Shown one piece after another: positions 42,257 through 52,107 of a DNA stretch of 64,000 nucleotides. The stretch is from positions 5,888,001 to 5,952,000 of the forward strand of contig OZ250169.1 of assembly GCA_965237955.1 (NCBI GenBank), written 5' to 3'. The notes beneath the pieces were generated by a model. It worked only from the letters and a program-made list of their open reading frames with translations, searched no databases and had not been told where the DNA came from. Source of the DNA: Candidatus Marinacidobacterales bacterium. Lineage in GTDB: Bacteria; Acidobacteriota; Vicinamibacteria; Marinacidobacterales; SMYC01. The translations under genes and the position numbers were made by a program. How positions within the stretch are numbered: position 1 is the stretch's first letter; each line of letters begins with the position of its first letter.

Positions 42257-42694
42257 GTGATCGGTATCGTCGTTGTTACCCATGGTCAACTGGCTCGGGA
42301 GCTTGTCGCTGCCGCAGAGATGATCGTAGGAGAGATTCCGAACGTCACCGCTGTCTCCATCGGGTGGCACGAGAGCCCTGACGACGCCCAGCGGGAGATC
42401 GCTGACGCTATCGGCCGGGCGGAGTCGGGTAAAGGCACGGTGGTGCTCACGGATATGTTCGGGGGCACGCCGTCGAACCTGAGCATGACGTTCCTAGAGA
42501 AAGGGCGCGTCGAAGTCGTCACCGGCGTGAATCTTCCGATCTTGATCCGCCTCGCCAGCCTCCGCGAAGAAGAAGAGGGCGACGACCTTCTCGAGCTTGC
42601 CACCGAAGCGGCACGCGAAGGCAAAGACAGCATTTACTTGGCCGGGAATTTGCTCGCTCGCAAGGAGGACACGAAGGAGGACAAAGGTGGTTGA
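42257..42694 (+). CDS. PTS mannose-type EIIA
   Basis: VVVTHG, LTDMFGGTPSN and GVNLP motifs. Confidence 0.92.
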   Translation: MIGIVVVTHGQLARELVAAAEMIVGEIPNVTAVSIGWHESPDDAQREIADAIGRAESGKGTVVLTDMFGGTPSNLSMTFLEKGRVEVVTGVNLPILIRLASLREEEEGDDLLELATEAAREGKDSIYLAGNLLARKEDTKEDKGG

Positions 42695-42962
42695 GGGTCG
42701 TGTCGAGATCAGCAACGTCTTAGGCCTTCACGCCAGAGCGGCTGCTCGGTTCGTTCGTACCGCCACCAAGTACCGCGCCAGCGTCACGGTCTCGAAGGAC
42801 GGTACAACGACGGACGGAAAGAGCATCCTCGGAATCCTGTTTCTCGCCGCCGCAATAGGCAGCGAGATCACTATCGCCGCCGACGGGGAAGACGAGAACG
42901 AGGCACTGAAGGCGCTCGTGGAACTGGTTGCCGACGGGCTGGGTGAAAAGGATCAGGTTTGA
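42687..42962 (+). CDS. ptsH: Phosphocarrier HPr
   Basis: GLHARAAA (His15) and DGKSILG (Ser46). Confidence 0.92.
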   Translation: MVEGRVEISNVLGLHARAAARFVRTATKYRASVTVSKDGTTTDGKSILGILFLAAAIGSEITIAADGEDENEALKALVELVADGLGEKDQV

Positions 42963-44752
42963 GCGTGAGCGTTCCGTCCTCGTCGACCTCGGGCGGCAAA
43001 GGCTCTCCCAAGCCCGGCGTCTTGCATGGGATCGGCGTTGCGCCCGGTGTCGTCATCGCGCGCGCTCTCGTTTTCCAACATCAGGAGATTCCGTTCTTCC
43101 GCGTTCCGTTGCTGCGGCAAGAAGTGAAGCTCGAGGTTGCGCGTGTCGAGCAAGGCAAGGAGTTGACCCGAAAACAGCTCGGCGCTATCAAAGCGCGCAC
43201 CGTCGATGCCCTCGGCGAAGACCACGGTTACATCTTCGATGCCCAGATTTTGATGCTCGAAGACCCGCTCCTCATTGGTCGTATCGAAGAGATCATCCGA
43301 GAGCAACGCGTGAACGCAGAGTGGGCTGTCAAAATCACACTCGAAGAGCTGGCTTCGGTGTTCGATCGGGTTCGCGACGACTACTTTCGCGCGCGGCGCG
43401 GTGACATTTTCGACGTCGCCGATCGACTCGTGCGCAACATCGCAGGTGCGCCTCATCACACGCTAGAGAAATTGGAGAAGGACTACATTCTCCTCGCAGA
43501 AAACGTCCGCCCGTCGGACACCGCTCAGCTCGACTGGGAACACACCGCGGGGCTCGCAATGGAGGTCGGGAGCCGCACCTACCACACCGCTATCATTGCG
43601 CGCTCGCTCGGCATCCCGTGCGTCGTCGGTGTGAGCGACCTGATGCAAAAAGTCGACCACGGCGCGCCACTCGTGCTCGATGGTAGCGAGGGCATCATCG
43701 TTGTCAACCCGGACCGCGCGACCCTCAGGGAGTATCGCGCCAAAAAGAGGCGGCAGAAGGTCCGAGGACAGAAACTCGAACACCTCCGCGAGCTTCCGGC
43801 GGAGACCAAAGACGGTTTTCGTTTACTCGTCCAAGCGAATATCGAGTTCCCCGAAGAGTGCACGACCGCGAAGAAAAGTGGCTCGGAAGGGATCGGCCTG
43901 TTCCGCTCAGAGTGGTTTCTGACGCGGAGCGGAGGCGCATTCCCGAGCGAAGAGGAGCAATACCTCGTGTACCGTAGGATCGCCGAGGAAATGAAGCCGT
44001 GGTCGGTGGTCGTGCGGGCTTTCGACCTCTCCGCCGAACAGTTGGGGGACGATGTCGGCGAGTCGGAATCGAACCCCGCGTTGGGGCTTCGGGCGATTCG
44101 CCTTTTATTGAAACACCGCGACTTGTTCAAAGAGCAGCTCCGTGCCTTGCTGCGGGCGCGCGCGCATGGCAATGTGAAAGTCATGTTCCCGATGATTAGC
44201 GGCGTCGGGGAATTTCGCGACGCGCTCGAGGCCGTCGACGAGGCGAAGCACGAGCTTCGCCGTGATGGGCTCGAGTTCGGCGAAGATCTGCCGTGTGGCA
44301 TCACGCTCGAAGTTCCGTCCGCGGCGGCAACGGCCGACCTCCTCGCGAAGGAGGCCGCGTTTTTCAGTATCGGCACCAACGACCTCATCCAATACCTGAT
44401 TGGCGTGGACAGAGGCAACGACCAGGTGTCGTACTTGTACGAGCCTCTGCACCCGGCCGTGCTCAGAACCCTGCGTTTCGTCATCGACTCGGCGCACCAC
44501 GCGGGCATCAAAGTGGGAATGTGTGGCGAGATGGCGGCGGATCCACTGCTCGTGGCGCTTCTTGTCGGCTTCGGCCTCGATGAGCTATCGATGAACGCGG
44601 TCTCGATCCCAACGGTGAAAAACATCATCCGTCACCTCTCGGCGAGCGAAGCCCGCGCGATCGGTCAACGGGCGCTGGAGCTCGCAACCATCAAGGAAGT
44701 GTCCGCCTTCCTCGGCGAGGAGTTGCGCAAACTGGTGCCCTCTGAGCGATAG
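42959..44752 (+). CDS. ptsI: PTS enzyme I
   Basis: RTYHTAI (phospho-His), GIGLFRSE, NPALGLR, SIGTNDL and CGEMA motifs. Confidence 0.95.
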   Translation: MSVSVPSSSTSGGKGSPKPGVLHGIGVAPGVVIARALVFQHQEIPFFRVPLLRQEVKLEVARVEQGKELTRKQLGAIKARTVDALGEDHGYIFDAQILMLEDPLLIGRIEEIIREQRVNAEWAVKITLEELASVFDRVRDDYFRARRGDIFDVADRLVRNIAGAPHHTLEKLEKDYILLAENVRPSDTAQLDWEHTAGLAMEVGSRTYHTAIIARSLGIPCVVGVSDLMQKVDHGAPLVLDGSEGIIVVNPDRATLREYRAKKRRQKVRGQKLEHLRELPAETKDGFRLLVQANIEFPEECTTAKKSGSEGIGLFRSEWFLTRSGGAFPSEEEQYLVYRRIAEEMKPWSVVVRAFDLSAEQLGDDVGESESNPALGLRAIRLLLKHRDLFKEQLRALLRARAHGNVKVMFPMISGVGEFRDALEAVDEAKHELRRDGLEFGEDLPCGITLEVPSAAATADLLAKEAAFFSIGTNDLIQYLIGVDRGNDQVSYLYEPLHPAVLRTLRFVIDSAHHAGIKVGMCGEMAADPLLVALLVGFGLDELSMNAVSIPTVKNIIRHLSASEARAIGQRALELATIKEVSAFLGEELRKLVPSER

Positions 44753-44798
44753 TTCCGGGCGAAGGGTGTCGGCGAGGTGTTCTGACGAGGACGCGCTA

Positions 44799-45981
44799 GT
44801 CCCATGGAACAGAAAAAGCTAGACAACACCGGCCCTTCTGTGATCTGCTAAATGCATGAAACACAAGGGCCGGCGAAAAGCCGAATTGAAGCTGTCGTCT
44901 CAAGAAAGCGAAGCGCTGACGCGACTGGCGCGACGCAGCCGTAGTTCGCCGCACCAAGCCTTCCGAGCGAAGATCGTGCTGGATTGCGCGGCGGGTCTGA
45001 CGAATATGGAAGTTGCTAGGAAGATGCACACCATGAGGAGCACGGTGGGCAAGTGGCGAAGACGCTTTGTAGAACAACGAATGGAAGGGTTGTACGACGA
45101 ACCTCGGCCGGGAGCGGCTCGCAAAATCGGCGATGACCAGATCGAGGAAGTCGTGACCAAGACGCTGGAGACGACTCCAAAGGGGAGAACCCATTGGAGT
45201 ACGCGCTCGATGGCCAAGCATCTTGGGCTGAGTCATTCGACGATTGGACGTATTTGGCGAACGTTCGGGCTTCAACCGCACCGCTCGGAATCGTTTCGTC
45301 TCTCGCAAGACCCACAACTGGTCGAAAAAGTACGCGACGTTGTTGGCCTGTATATGAACCCACCGGATAACGCGGTCGTCCTGTGCGTCGACGAGAAATC
45401 GCAGATTCAAGCGCTCGAGCGTGCTCAACCTGTCCTGCCCATGAGCTTGGGCCAGCCCGAGCGACAAACCCACGACTACATTCGGCATGGAACGACTGAC
45501 CTGTTTGCCGCACTCGACGCCGCAACAGGTGAAGTCTTCGGAAAGTGCTACGCGCGACATCGAGCGCTAGAGTTCAAGAAGTTCCTCGCTGAGATCGAAG
45601 CAGCCGTTCCCAGCGAGTTGGACATCCACGTCGTGCTCGACAATCTCGCCACGCACAAGACACCGGCGATCAAACGCTGGCTTTCCAAGCGACCTCGGTT
45701 CCACTTTCACTTCACACCGACACACGCCTCTTGGCTCAACTTCGCTGAGCGCTTCTTTGGCTTGCTCACCGAACACGCCTTGCGACGAGGCTCGCACACG
45801 AGCGTGCCTCAGCTCCGCGTTGCGATACAAGACTATCTCGATGCTCACAACGAGAACCCAAAGCCGTTCAAGTGGACGAAATCCGCCGACCAAATCCTCG
45901 AAACCATCGCTCGGTTCGCCCAGCGAACGCTCGATACACATGGCAAATCGAATTTGGACAGTAATTAAAGATCCAGGGGAC
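44799..45981 (+). mobile_element. IS630-family element, copy 2
   Basis: Same IRs and CTAG flanks as copy 1, and an identical transposase protein. Confidence 0.93.
44856..45968 (+). CDS. IS630 transposase
   Basis: Protein identical to 38087-39199. Confidence 0.95.
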   Translation: MKHKGRRKAELKLSSQESEALTRLARRSRSSPHQAFRAKIVLDCAAGLTNMEVARKMHTMRSTVGKWRRRFVEQRMEGLYDEPRPGAARKIGDDQIEEVVTKTLETTPKGRTHWSTRSMAKHLGLSHSTIGRIWRTFGLQPHRSESFRLSQDPQLVEKVRDVVGLYMNPPDNAVVLCVDEKSQIQALERAQPVLPMSLGQPERQTHDYIRHGTTDLFAALDAATGEVFGKCYARHRALEFKKFLAEIEAAVPSELDIHVVLDNLATHKTPAIKRWLSKRPRFHFHFTPTHASWLNFAERFFGLLTEHALRRGSHTSVPQLRVAIQDYLDAHNENPKPFKWTKSADQILETIARFAQRTLDTHGKSNLDSN

Positions 45982-45997
45982 TAGGTAACGTACGACG

Positions 45998-46807
45998 ATG
46001 AAATCTATTTTGATAGCGGCTCTACTGCTCGGGGCCGTACCGAAGACTCTCGAGCCGCAGACTCTGGAGCTCGATCGCGACCGGCTCGAGCGCAACGAGG
46101 ACCTTTCCGAATCGCTCGCGAATCAACTGTTGGCGATGTCGGTCGCGGTGCGGCGCCAAGATCTGACCGAGGTCGCATCGAGCTTCCCTGCCACCGACCC
46201 ATTGGAAGCAACTCCGTTTCCGGAGCAGCCCGGACCCGACGCGCTCGTCGTGAAGTGGATCGAGCGCCACGAGTGGAATCTCGATACGGAGGCGAGTACG
46301 ATGCCGGCTTCCGAGCTCTTGAGCAGTCTCGAAGCGTTTCTCGGTCATTTCGAGAGCATCGATGACGTCCGCTTCAAGGTCAAGAACGCCGAGTTCGAGC
46401 CGAAGGAACCAGCCACTGGAAGGGCCAAGATCTTCTTCGTTCTTGTTGGGCGAAATCACGACGGCGAGCGCGAGTGGGTCCGTGGATGGAGCGACGTGCG
46501 TGCCACGCAACGACCCGACGAGACGTGGCGCATCGACTACTGGCGGTGGAGCGAGCTCGACTCGATGATGTCGACGCGCGATCTCTTCTCCGAGATCACC
46601 GAGCCCCTCGGAATGTGGGAAGACGTGCCACGGTTCGGCGATCCTCCGAACGATGGTTTCGTGGCGCATGGGGCCGCTGTTGCCGACGTCGATCTCGATG
46701 GACGGCTCGACGTGTTCACGAGCGGGGTAATGGCAAACCGGTTGTTCCTCAATCGCGGCGGCGGCAAACCGTTCGAAGATGTTTCCGAGGAGACGCTCGT
46801 TTTCTTG
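45998..46807 (+). pseudogene. 5' part of secreted FG-GAP/ASPIC-UnbV/redoxin protein, interrupted by the IS1595 element
   Basis: Signal peptide and first FG-GAP repeat (ADVDLDGRLD). Joins in frame to 54033 across TSD TTTTCTTG: ETLVFL|TRRGTGTIFLDYDNDGD. Confidence 0.9.
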
Positions 46808-46877
46808 GGGAATTATATACTATACTACACGCCAGTCCGCCGGACCTGTGCTACGATTGGTACAGGGTACAGCTTTA

Positions 46878-47180
46878 ATGACGGACGATCAAAAAGGACA
46901 GGAAATCGGGAGCCGCACGATTCGGCTAAGTTCCATACGAAGCGAACTGACTGTCGCTCGCAACGAACGAGATACGGCACTTGGCCGCCTTCGTCGCGCC
47001 GGGGAACAGGCCGACGACTACTTGAAAAGACATGCGAATGATTGCGAATGGCCCACGCCTTCGGAGATTAGATCTCTAATCTCTCGTGTGATCAAGTTGG
47101 ACCAAGAAGCACACAAGATCATTTCCGAACTGCGAGGACTAGGCGCTGACGCCGACCTGTTCAAGATGAATGGCGACTAG
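46878..47180 (+). CDS. Cargo hypothetical helical protein (100 aa)
   Basis: ORF with coiled-coil-like composition just inside the left IR. No family recognised. Confidence 0.55.
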   Translation: MTDDQKGQEIGSRTIRLSSIRSELTVARNERDTALGRLRRAGEQADDYLKRHANDCEWPTPSEIRSLISRVIKLDQEAHKIISELRGLGADADLFKMNGD

Positions 47181-47374
47181 CTTTTCGTCCTAGTCGGCTT
47201 CTTCAAATACCGCCACCCGCCTGGTGGAACCCTCGGACTTGTCAGCACCGCTCTGGCGATATTCTCCGGGGTGTCTGGGATCAGGTCCGGCATCGGCTTC
47301 GCAGGACGGCCACGCCCTCGCTTTGCCTTCGGTTCCTTCTCCTTCGTGGTCGCTCCTTTTTCCACTTCTTTCAT
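47177..47374 (-). CDS. Small basic protein with AT-hook-like motif
   Basis: KRGRGRP followed by IPDTPENIARAVL. Its ATG lies directly after the stop of the upstream gene. Confidence 0.65.
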   Translation of the reverse strand: MKEVEKGATTKEKEPKAKRGRGRPAKPMPDLIPDTPENIARAVLTSPRVPPGGWRYLKKPTRTKS

Positions 47375-47791
47375 GTCATTGAACCAGAAGTGCCCTCGCT
47401 ATACCAATGACAGCTGTCTTTGCTTCCGATTGTGACATCCCAGTTTCTTGCCGCGCAACCAGATAGGCGGACCACCATTCGGAGCACTTCATTGTGTCCA
47501 ACCCAAGAGCCGACACCTGGCTTGTAATCGAGAACAGATTGTTAGAAAGCGCTAAGAGCCCTTCTTCTGACCCGAGCCCGGCCTTTTTCATATCATTCCA
47601 AGAGAAGACCAGCATATCGGATGCCTTCATTGGAGTTCCGATATCGTTGCACATACGTACGAACCGTGGAACTAGAAACTCAAATCGGGTTCGCGTGGTT
47701 ACTGATTCACTTCTTTGCGGTTGCGCAAGTGTCGTCAACATCTCCGGAACGCTTCGCTTTTGGCTTGCATCAGATACAGCTGAAGACCCTA

Positions 47792-48974
47792 GCCCCCTGG
47801 ATCTTTAATTACTGTCCAAATTCGATTTGCCATGTGTATCGAGCGTTCGCTGGGCGAACCGAGCGATGGTTTCGAGGATTTGGTCGGCGGATTTCGTCCA
47901 CTTGAACGGCTTTGGGTTCTCGTTGTGAGCATCGAGATAGTCTTGTATCGCAACGCGGAGCTGAGGCACGCTCGTGTGCGAGCCTCGTCGCAAGGCGTGT
48001 TCGGTGAGCAAGCCAAAGAAGCGCTCAGCGAAGTTGAGCCAAGAGGCGTGTGTCGGTGTGAAGTGAAAGTGGAACCGAGGTCGCTTGGAAAGCCAGCATT
48101 TGATCGCCGGTGTCTTGTGCGTGGCGAGATTGTCGAGCACGACGTGGATGTCCAACTCGCTGGGAACGGCTGCTTCGATCTCAGCGAGGAACTTCTTGAA
48201 CTCTAGCGCTCGATGTCGCGCGTAGCACTTTCCGAAGACTTCACCTGTTGCGGCGTCGAGTGCGGCAAACAGGTCAGTCGTTCCATGCCGAATGTAGTCG
48301 TGGGTTTGTCGCTCGGGCTGGCCCAAGCTCATGGGCAGGACAGGTTGAGCACGCTCGAGCGCTTGAATCTGCGATTTCTCGTCGACGCACAGGACGACCG
48401 CGTTATCCGGTGGGTTCATATACAGGCCAACAACGTCGCGTACTTTTTCGACCAGTTGTGGGTCTTGCGAGAGACGAAACGATTCCGAGCGGTGCGGTTG
48501 AAGCCCGAACGTTCGCCAAATACGTCCAATCGTCGAATGACTCAGCCCAAGATGCTTGGCCATCGAGCGCGTACTCCAATGGGTTCTCCCCTTTGGAGTC
48601 GTCTCCAGCGTCTTGGTCACGACTTCCTCGATCTGGTCATCGCCGATTTTGCGAGCCGCTCCCGGCCGAGGTTCGTCGTACAACCCTTCCATTCGTTGTT
48701 CTACAAAGCGTCTTCGCCACTTGCCCACCGTGCTCCTCATGGTGTGCATCTTCCTAGCAACTTCCATATTCGTCAGACCCGCCGCGCAATCCAGCACGAT
48801 CTTCGCTCGGAAGGCTTGGTGCGGCGAACTACGGCTGCGTCGCGCCAGTCGCGTCAGCGCTTCGCTTTCTTGAGACGACAGCTTCAATTCGGCTTTTCGC
48901 CGGCCCTTGTGTTTCATGCATTTAGCAGATCACAGAAGGGCCGGTGTTGTCTAGCTTTTTCTGTTCCATGGGAC
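47792..48974 (-). mobile_element. IS630-family element, copy 3 (inverted)
   Basis: CTAG flanks at 47789-47792 and 48974-48977. One substitution in an IR and an R-to-C change in the transposase relative to copies 1 and 2. Confidence 0.93.
47805..48917 (-). CDS. IS630 transposase
   Basis: Same protein as copies 1 and 2 except AIKCWL instead of AIKRWL. Confidence 0.95.
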   Translation of the reverse strand: MKHKGRRKAELKLSSQESEALTRLARRSRSSPHQAFRAKIVLDCAAGLTNMEVARKMHTMRSTVGKWRRRFVEQRMEGLYDEPRPGAARKIGDDQIEEVVTKTLETTPKGRTHWSTRSMAKHLGLSHSTIGRIWRTFGLQPHRSESFRLSQDPQLVEKVRDVVGLYMNPPDNAVVLCVDEKSQIQALERAQPVLPMSLGQPERQTHDYIRHGTTDLFAALDAATGEVFGKCYARHRALEFKKFLAEIEAAVPSELDIHVVLDNLATHKTPAIKCWLSKRPRFHFHFTPTHASWLNFAERFFGLLTEHALRRGSHTSVPQLRVAIQDYLDAHNENPKPFKWTKSADQILETIARFAQRTLDTHGKSNLDSN

Positions 48975-49400
48975 TAGTCCAACTGTAACAAGAATCACAA
49001 AAGACAGTATCGGTCGGAACATTGGGATGTTTGGCCTTTCCCCCACCCTGGCGGGCACCATCGATTAGGTGCCGTCGGGCCGGTTGCCAGGACGACCGGC
49101 GTTTGGCATGCGCAGAGTACACGCAACTTGCGCGCGCGTGTCCAGATAATTCTAGGGCATCAGCGGATTTCCAGCAGGACCTGGAAATGCAGTAGAATAG
49201 AGCCTGAAAAAGGAAACGCCCCTCGTTGGACGTCGCATGGTCTTTTCTTCCGTTACTCGTTCTTCAAGAACGGCAGACAAGTAGAGCAATGGCTTTGTTT
49301 CTGGGCTTTCTGCGCATTCCTGAGCCGGTCTAGCACCTTAGAATATTGCGGGGTGTCGTTGTACAACCAGAATCCAAATAGACGTAAGGAGAACAAAATC

Positions 49401-49703
49401 ATGGGTATTTTGAGTCAGTGGTGGATGCTGGCTGAAGCGATTGTGCGCTACGAGCGAGACGACCCTGGCGCTTACGAACTTGGCGATTCGAACAAATACA
49501 CCGTCTATGTTGGAAGCTCTGGTAAGGTTAAGAACCGTTTAGGCGATCACATTGATGCTCCAACGGATAGCTGTATCGGAAGCAAGGCGCGTTACTACCG
49601 CGTCGAGTACTGCTCTAACTACGAGCAGCGGGAGAGGGAGCTATACGATGAGCACGTTAGGTCGTATGGACAACCACCAGAATGCAACGCTGTCAGGCCA
49701 TGA
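49401..49703 (+). CDS. Stand-alone GIY-YIG nuclease-like protein
   Basis: PGAYEL...VYVGSS...NRL.DH...ERE L...P.CN matches the GIY-YIG motif order. RBS AAGGAG precedes ATG 49401. Confidence 0.72.
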   Translation: MGILSQWWMLAEAIVRYERDDPGAYELGDSNKYTVYVGSSGKVKNRLGDHIDAPTDSCIGSKARYYRVEYCSNYEQRERELYDEHVRSYGQPPECNAVRP

Positions 49704-49941
49704 TCGGGTCGTCGGCCTTGCAGACGTCGCGGGCACTCTCGACCGACTCTCGTATCTTCCCCGCATCTTCGCTGCGCCCTACGCCCCGGCCCCAGCCGTC
49801 GTAATAGCCATCCGGCGTGAAATAGTGGTCGAGGTTTGGGTCCTGGATTTGGTTGAGCAAGCTTCCATTGACGCAGATCATATTCCCGCTGAGCGTCAGA
49901 GTCTCGACGCTGCCGTCTTCCCGTAGAACCTTCACCTTCAT
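49693..49941 (-). CDS. Cargo hypothetical protein (82 aa)
   Basis: GGAGG RBS upstream. Lies downstream of the IS1595 transposase in the same orientation. Confidence 0.55.
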   Translation of the reverse strand: MKVKVLREDGSVETLTLSGNMICVNGSLLNQIQDPNLDHYFTPDGYYDGWGRGVGRSEDAGKIRESVESARDVCKADDPIMA

Positions 49942-50348
49942 GGACTGAGCCCTCCGATTTAAGGTACACTTAACCTGAAGGCTCGAGTGGGATAGGTCGG
50001 GAAACTTGGCCCGCGAGCTTTTGCTGCCTACTTCTATTTTGCAGCTACCACTTTAGCTGTGAGATCCTTGTAGCGCAAGCGCTTCCCGTCCATGCCTCGA
50101 ACCATCGCGGCCATCTGGTCGATGGTGTCGGCGGTTCGGACATTGTGGCGGCCGGAGAACTCGTCCACGTAGCGGTGAAGGTGCTTCGGGCTCATTCGGT
50201 GGTAGGTGCCGTAGTAGCCGCGCTTGAGCATGGCCCAAAAGCTCTCGATGCCGTTCGTGTGCGCCATGCCGTTCACGTACTCGCTCACGGAGTGGCGGAC
50301 CGTCTCGTGGTTCGGCAGGCCCGCGTAGCCTGCGTATTCCGGGGCATC

Positions 50349-50490
50349 GTGAACGCAGATTCCAGCCGAAGGTGAACATCCATTCCAAAGCACCGTGAAC
50401 ACGGATTCCGGGGATCGTGAACATCGATTCCGGGGAAGGTGAACACGGATTCCAGGCAACGTGAACGCCGGTTCCGGCATCGCGAACGCT
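50349..50490 (+). repeat. IS21 subterminal repeat array
   Basis: Six GTGAAC-N3-(G/C)(A/G)TTCC-like units at 22-23 nt spacing, as expected for IS21 transposase-binding sites. Confidence 0.85.
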
Positions 50491-50550
50491 CATCGATAGC
50501 ACGTTTCAAGGCAACTCTAGGTCGTACCCGGAAGGAGGACGATCTAGGAA

Positions 50551-52107
50551 ATGGCAGCTAAGAGGTTATCGATGAGAAAAACACGAGAGGTTCTAAGGTT
50601 AAAGTACGAGCTGGGTTTTACTCACCGCATGATCGCAAAGGCACTTCGCGTGGCGGTTGGAACGGTGAGTGAGTACCTGGCCAAGGCGAAGAAGGGTGGT
50701 CTGAGCTGGCCGCTCCCGGAGGAGCTGAGCGACGGGGAGCTGGAGGCAGGGCTGTTTCCGCCGCCGGGCTCGTCTGGCGCACGGCCGGGTCTGGACTATG
50801 CCCACATCCACGAGGAGCTGAGGCGTCACCGAGAGCTGACGTTGCTGCAGCTGTGGGTGGAGTACGCGGAGAATAAGCCGGGAGCGTACGGCTACAGCCG
50901 TTATTGCGAGCTGTACGGTCAGTGGAAGAAGAAGCTGAACCCGACGATGCGTCAACGGCATCGAGCAGGCGAGAAGACATTCGTCGATTTTTCGGGGAAG
51001 AAGCCTCACATCGTCGATCCGAAAACGGGAGAGCTCGTCGAAATGGAGCTGTTCGTCGGGACGTTGGGCGCGAGCAGTTACACCTACGTCGAAGCGACAC
51101 TGAACCAGTCGCTGGAATCGTGGGCGAAGGCCCATAAGGGGATGTCGGATTACTTCGGTGGCAGTACGGAGATCTGGGTTCCGGACAACTTGAAGAGCGG
51201 CGTGGATTTGGTGGACCGTTACGAGCCAGGGATCAACCGGACGTACGAAGAGCTGGCGACGCATTACGGTGCGGTTGTGGTCCCGGCTCGGGTGTTCAAG
51301 CCGAAAGACAAAGCGAAGGTGGAGTCGGCAGTGCAGGTGGCGCAGCGCTGGATCCTGGCGGTGCTTCGTCATCGCACGTTCTTCAGCCTGGCGGAACTGA
51401 ACGAAGCCATCTGGGAGAAGTTAGAGGTCCTGAATGCGCGTCCGATGCAGAAGCTCGGTGTGAGTCGGCGGGAGTTGTACGAAAGGCTAGACCGGCCCGT
51501 ACTGAAACCGCTACCGCAGGAGAGCTACGAGTTATCGACGTGGAAGCGGTGCAGAGTGAACATCGACTACCACGTGGAGGTGGAGAACAACTTGTACAGC
51601 GTTCCCTATCAGCTCATTCACGAGAAAGTCGAGGCACGGGTGACGGCCTCGGTGGTGGAGGTCCTGTTCAAGGGAAAGCGCGTCGCGTCGCATCCCCGCA
51701 AGAAAGGAAAGGGGCACTACTCCACGAACCCGGAGCATATGCCACGTTCGCATCGGGAGCACCTGGAGTGGACGCCGTCGCGGCTGCTCCACTGGGCGGA
51801 GCAGTCAGGTCGCGCCACGGGAAGGCTGGTTGCGGGGATTCTAGAGAGTCGGCCTCACCCGGAGCAGGGATTTCGCTCTTGCCTGGGAGTCATGCGACTA
51901 GGCAGCCGCTGGGGCAGTGAGCGTCTCGAGGCCGCTTGCGCACGAGCGGAAGCTTTGAGCTCTTACAGCTATCGCACGGTGAAAAACATTCTCTCGGCTG
52001 GTCTGGATCGTGTGGTGCTCGAATCGGACGCCGAAGCGAAACCGCGAGAGGAGCACGAGAACATCCGAGGCGCGGATCACTACGAAGGAGGAGAGTCCCG
52101 ATGCTGA
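50551..52107 (+). CDS. istA: IS21 transposase IstA
   Basis: FVDFSG, VPDNLKS, KPKDKAKVE and YSVPY motifs. Confidence 0.95.
   Translation: MAAKRLSMRKTREVLRLKYELGFTHRMIAKALRVAVGTVSEYLAKAKKGGLSWPLPEELSDGELEAGLFPPPGSSGARPGLDYAHIHEELRRHRELTLLQLWVEYAENKPGAYGYSRYCELYGQWKKKLNPTMRQRHRAGEKTFVDFSGKKPHIVDPKTGELVEMELFVGTLGASSYTYVEATLNQSLESWAKAHKGMSDYFGGSTEIWVPDNLKSGVDLVDRYEPGINRTYEELATHYGAVVVPARVFKPKDKAKVESAVQVAQRWILAVLRHRTFFSLAELNEAIWEKLEVLNARPMQKLGVSRRELYERLDRPVLKPLPQESYELSTWKRCRVNIDYHVEVENNLYSVPYQLIHEKVEARVTASVVEVLFKGKRVASHPRKKGKGHYSTNPEHMPRSHREHLEWTPSRLLHWAEQSGRATGRLVAGILESRPHPEQGFRSCLGVMRLGSRWGSERLEAACARAEALSSYSYRTVKNILSAGLDRVVLESDAEAKPREEHENIRGADHYEGGESRC

Larger units (their letters stand above)
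47376..49022 (-). pseudogene. Secreted cargo protein split by IS630 copy 3
   Basis: Removing the IS gives an in-frame MFRPILSFVILVTVGL-GSSAVSDASQKRSVPEMLTTLAQ... with a signal peptide. Confidence 0.75.

Noticed and set aside
46808-47041. C-terminal tail of ORF 45998-47041 and N-terminus of ORF 54000-54884 as real protein
   Set aside because: Both are read-through into the IS1595 inverted repeats.
44799-48974. IS630 copies 2 and 3 as a composite transposon
   Set aside because: The enclosed DNA is the FG-GAP 5' part plus the IS1595 left end, both continuous with sequence beyond copy 3, so these are independent insertions.
50349-50490. Periodic GTGAAC...TTCC repeats resembling a mini-CRISPR
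   Set aside because: The period is only 22-23 nt, there are no real spacers or cas genes, and the array lies at the IS21 end where such binding-site arrays are normal.
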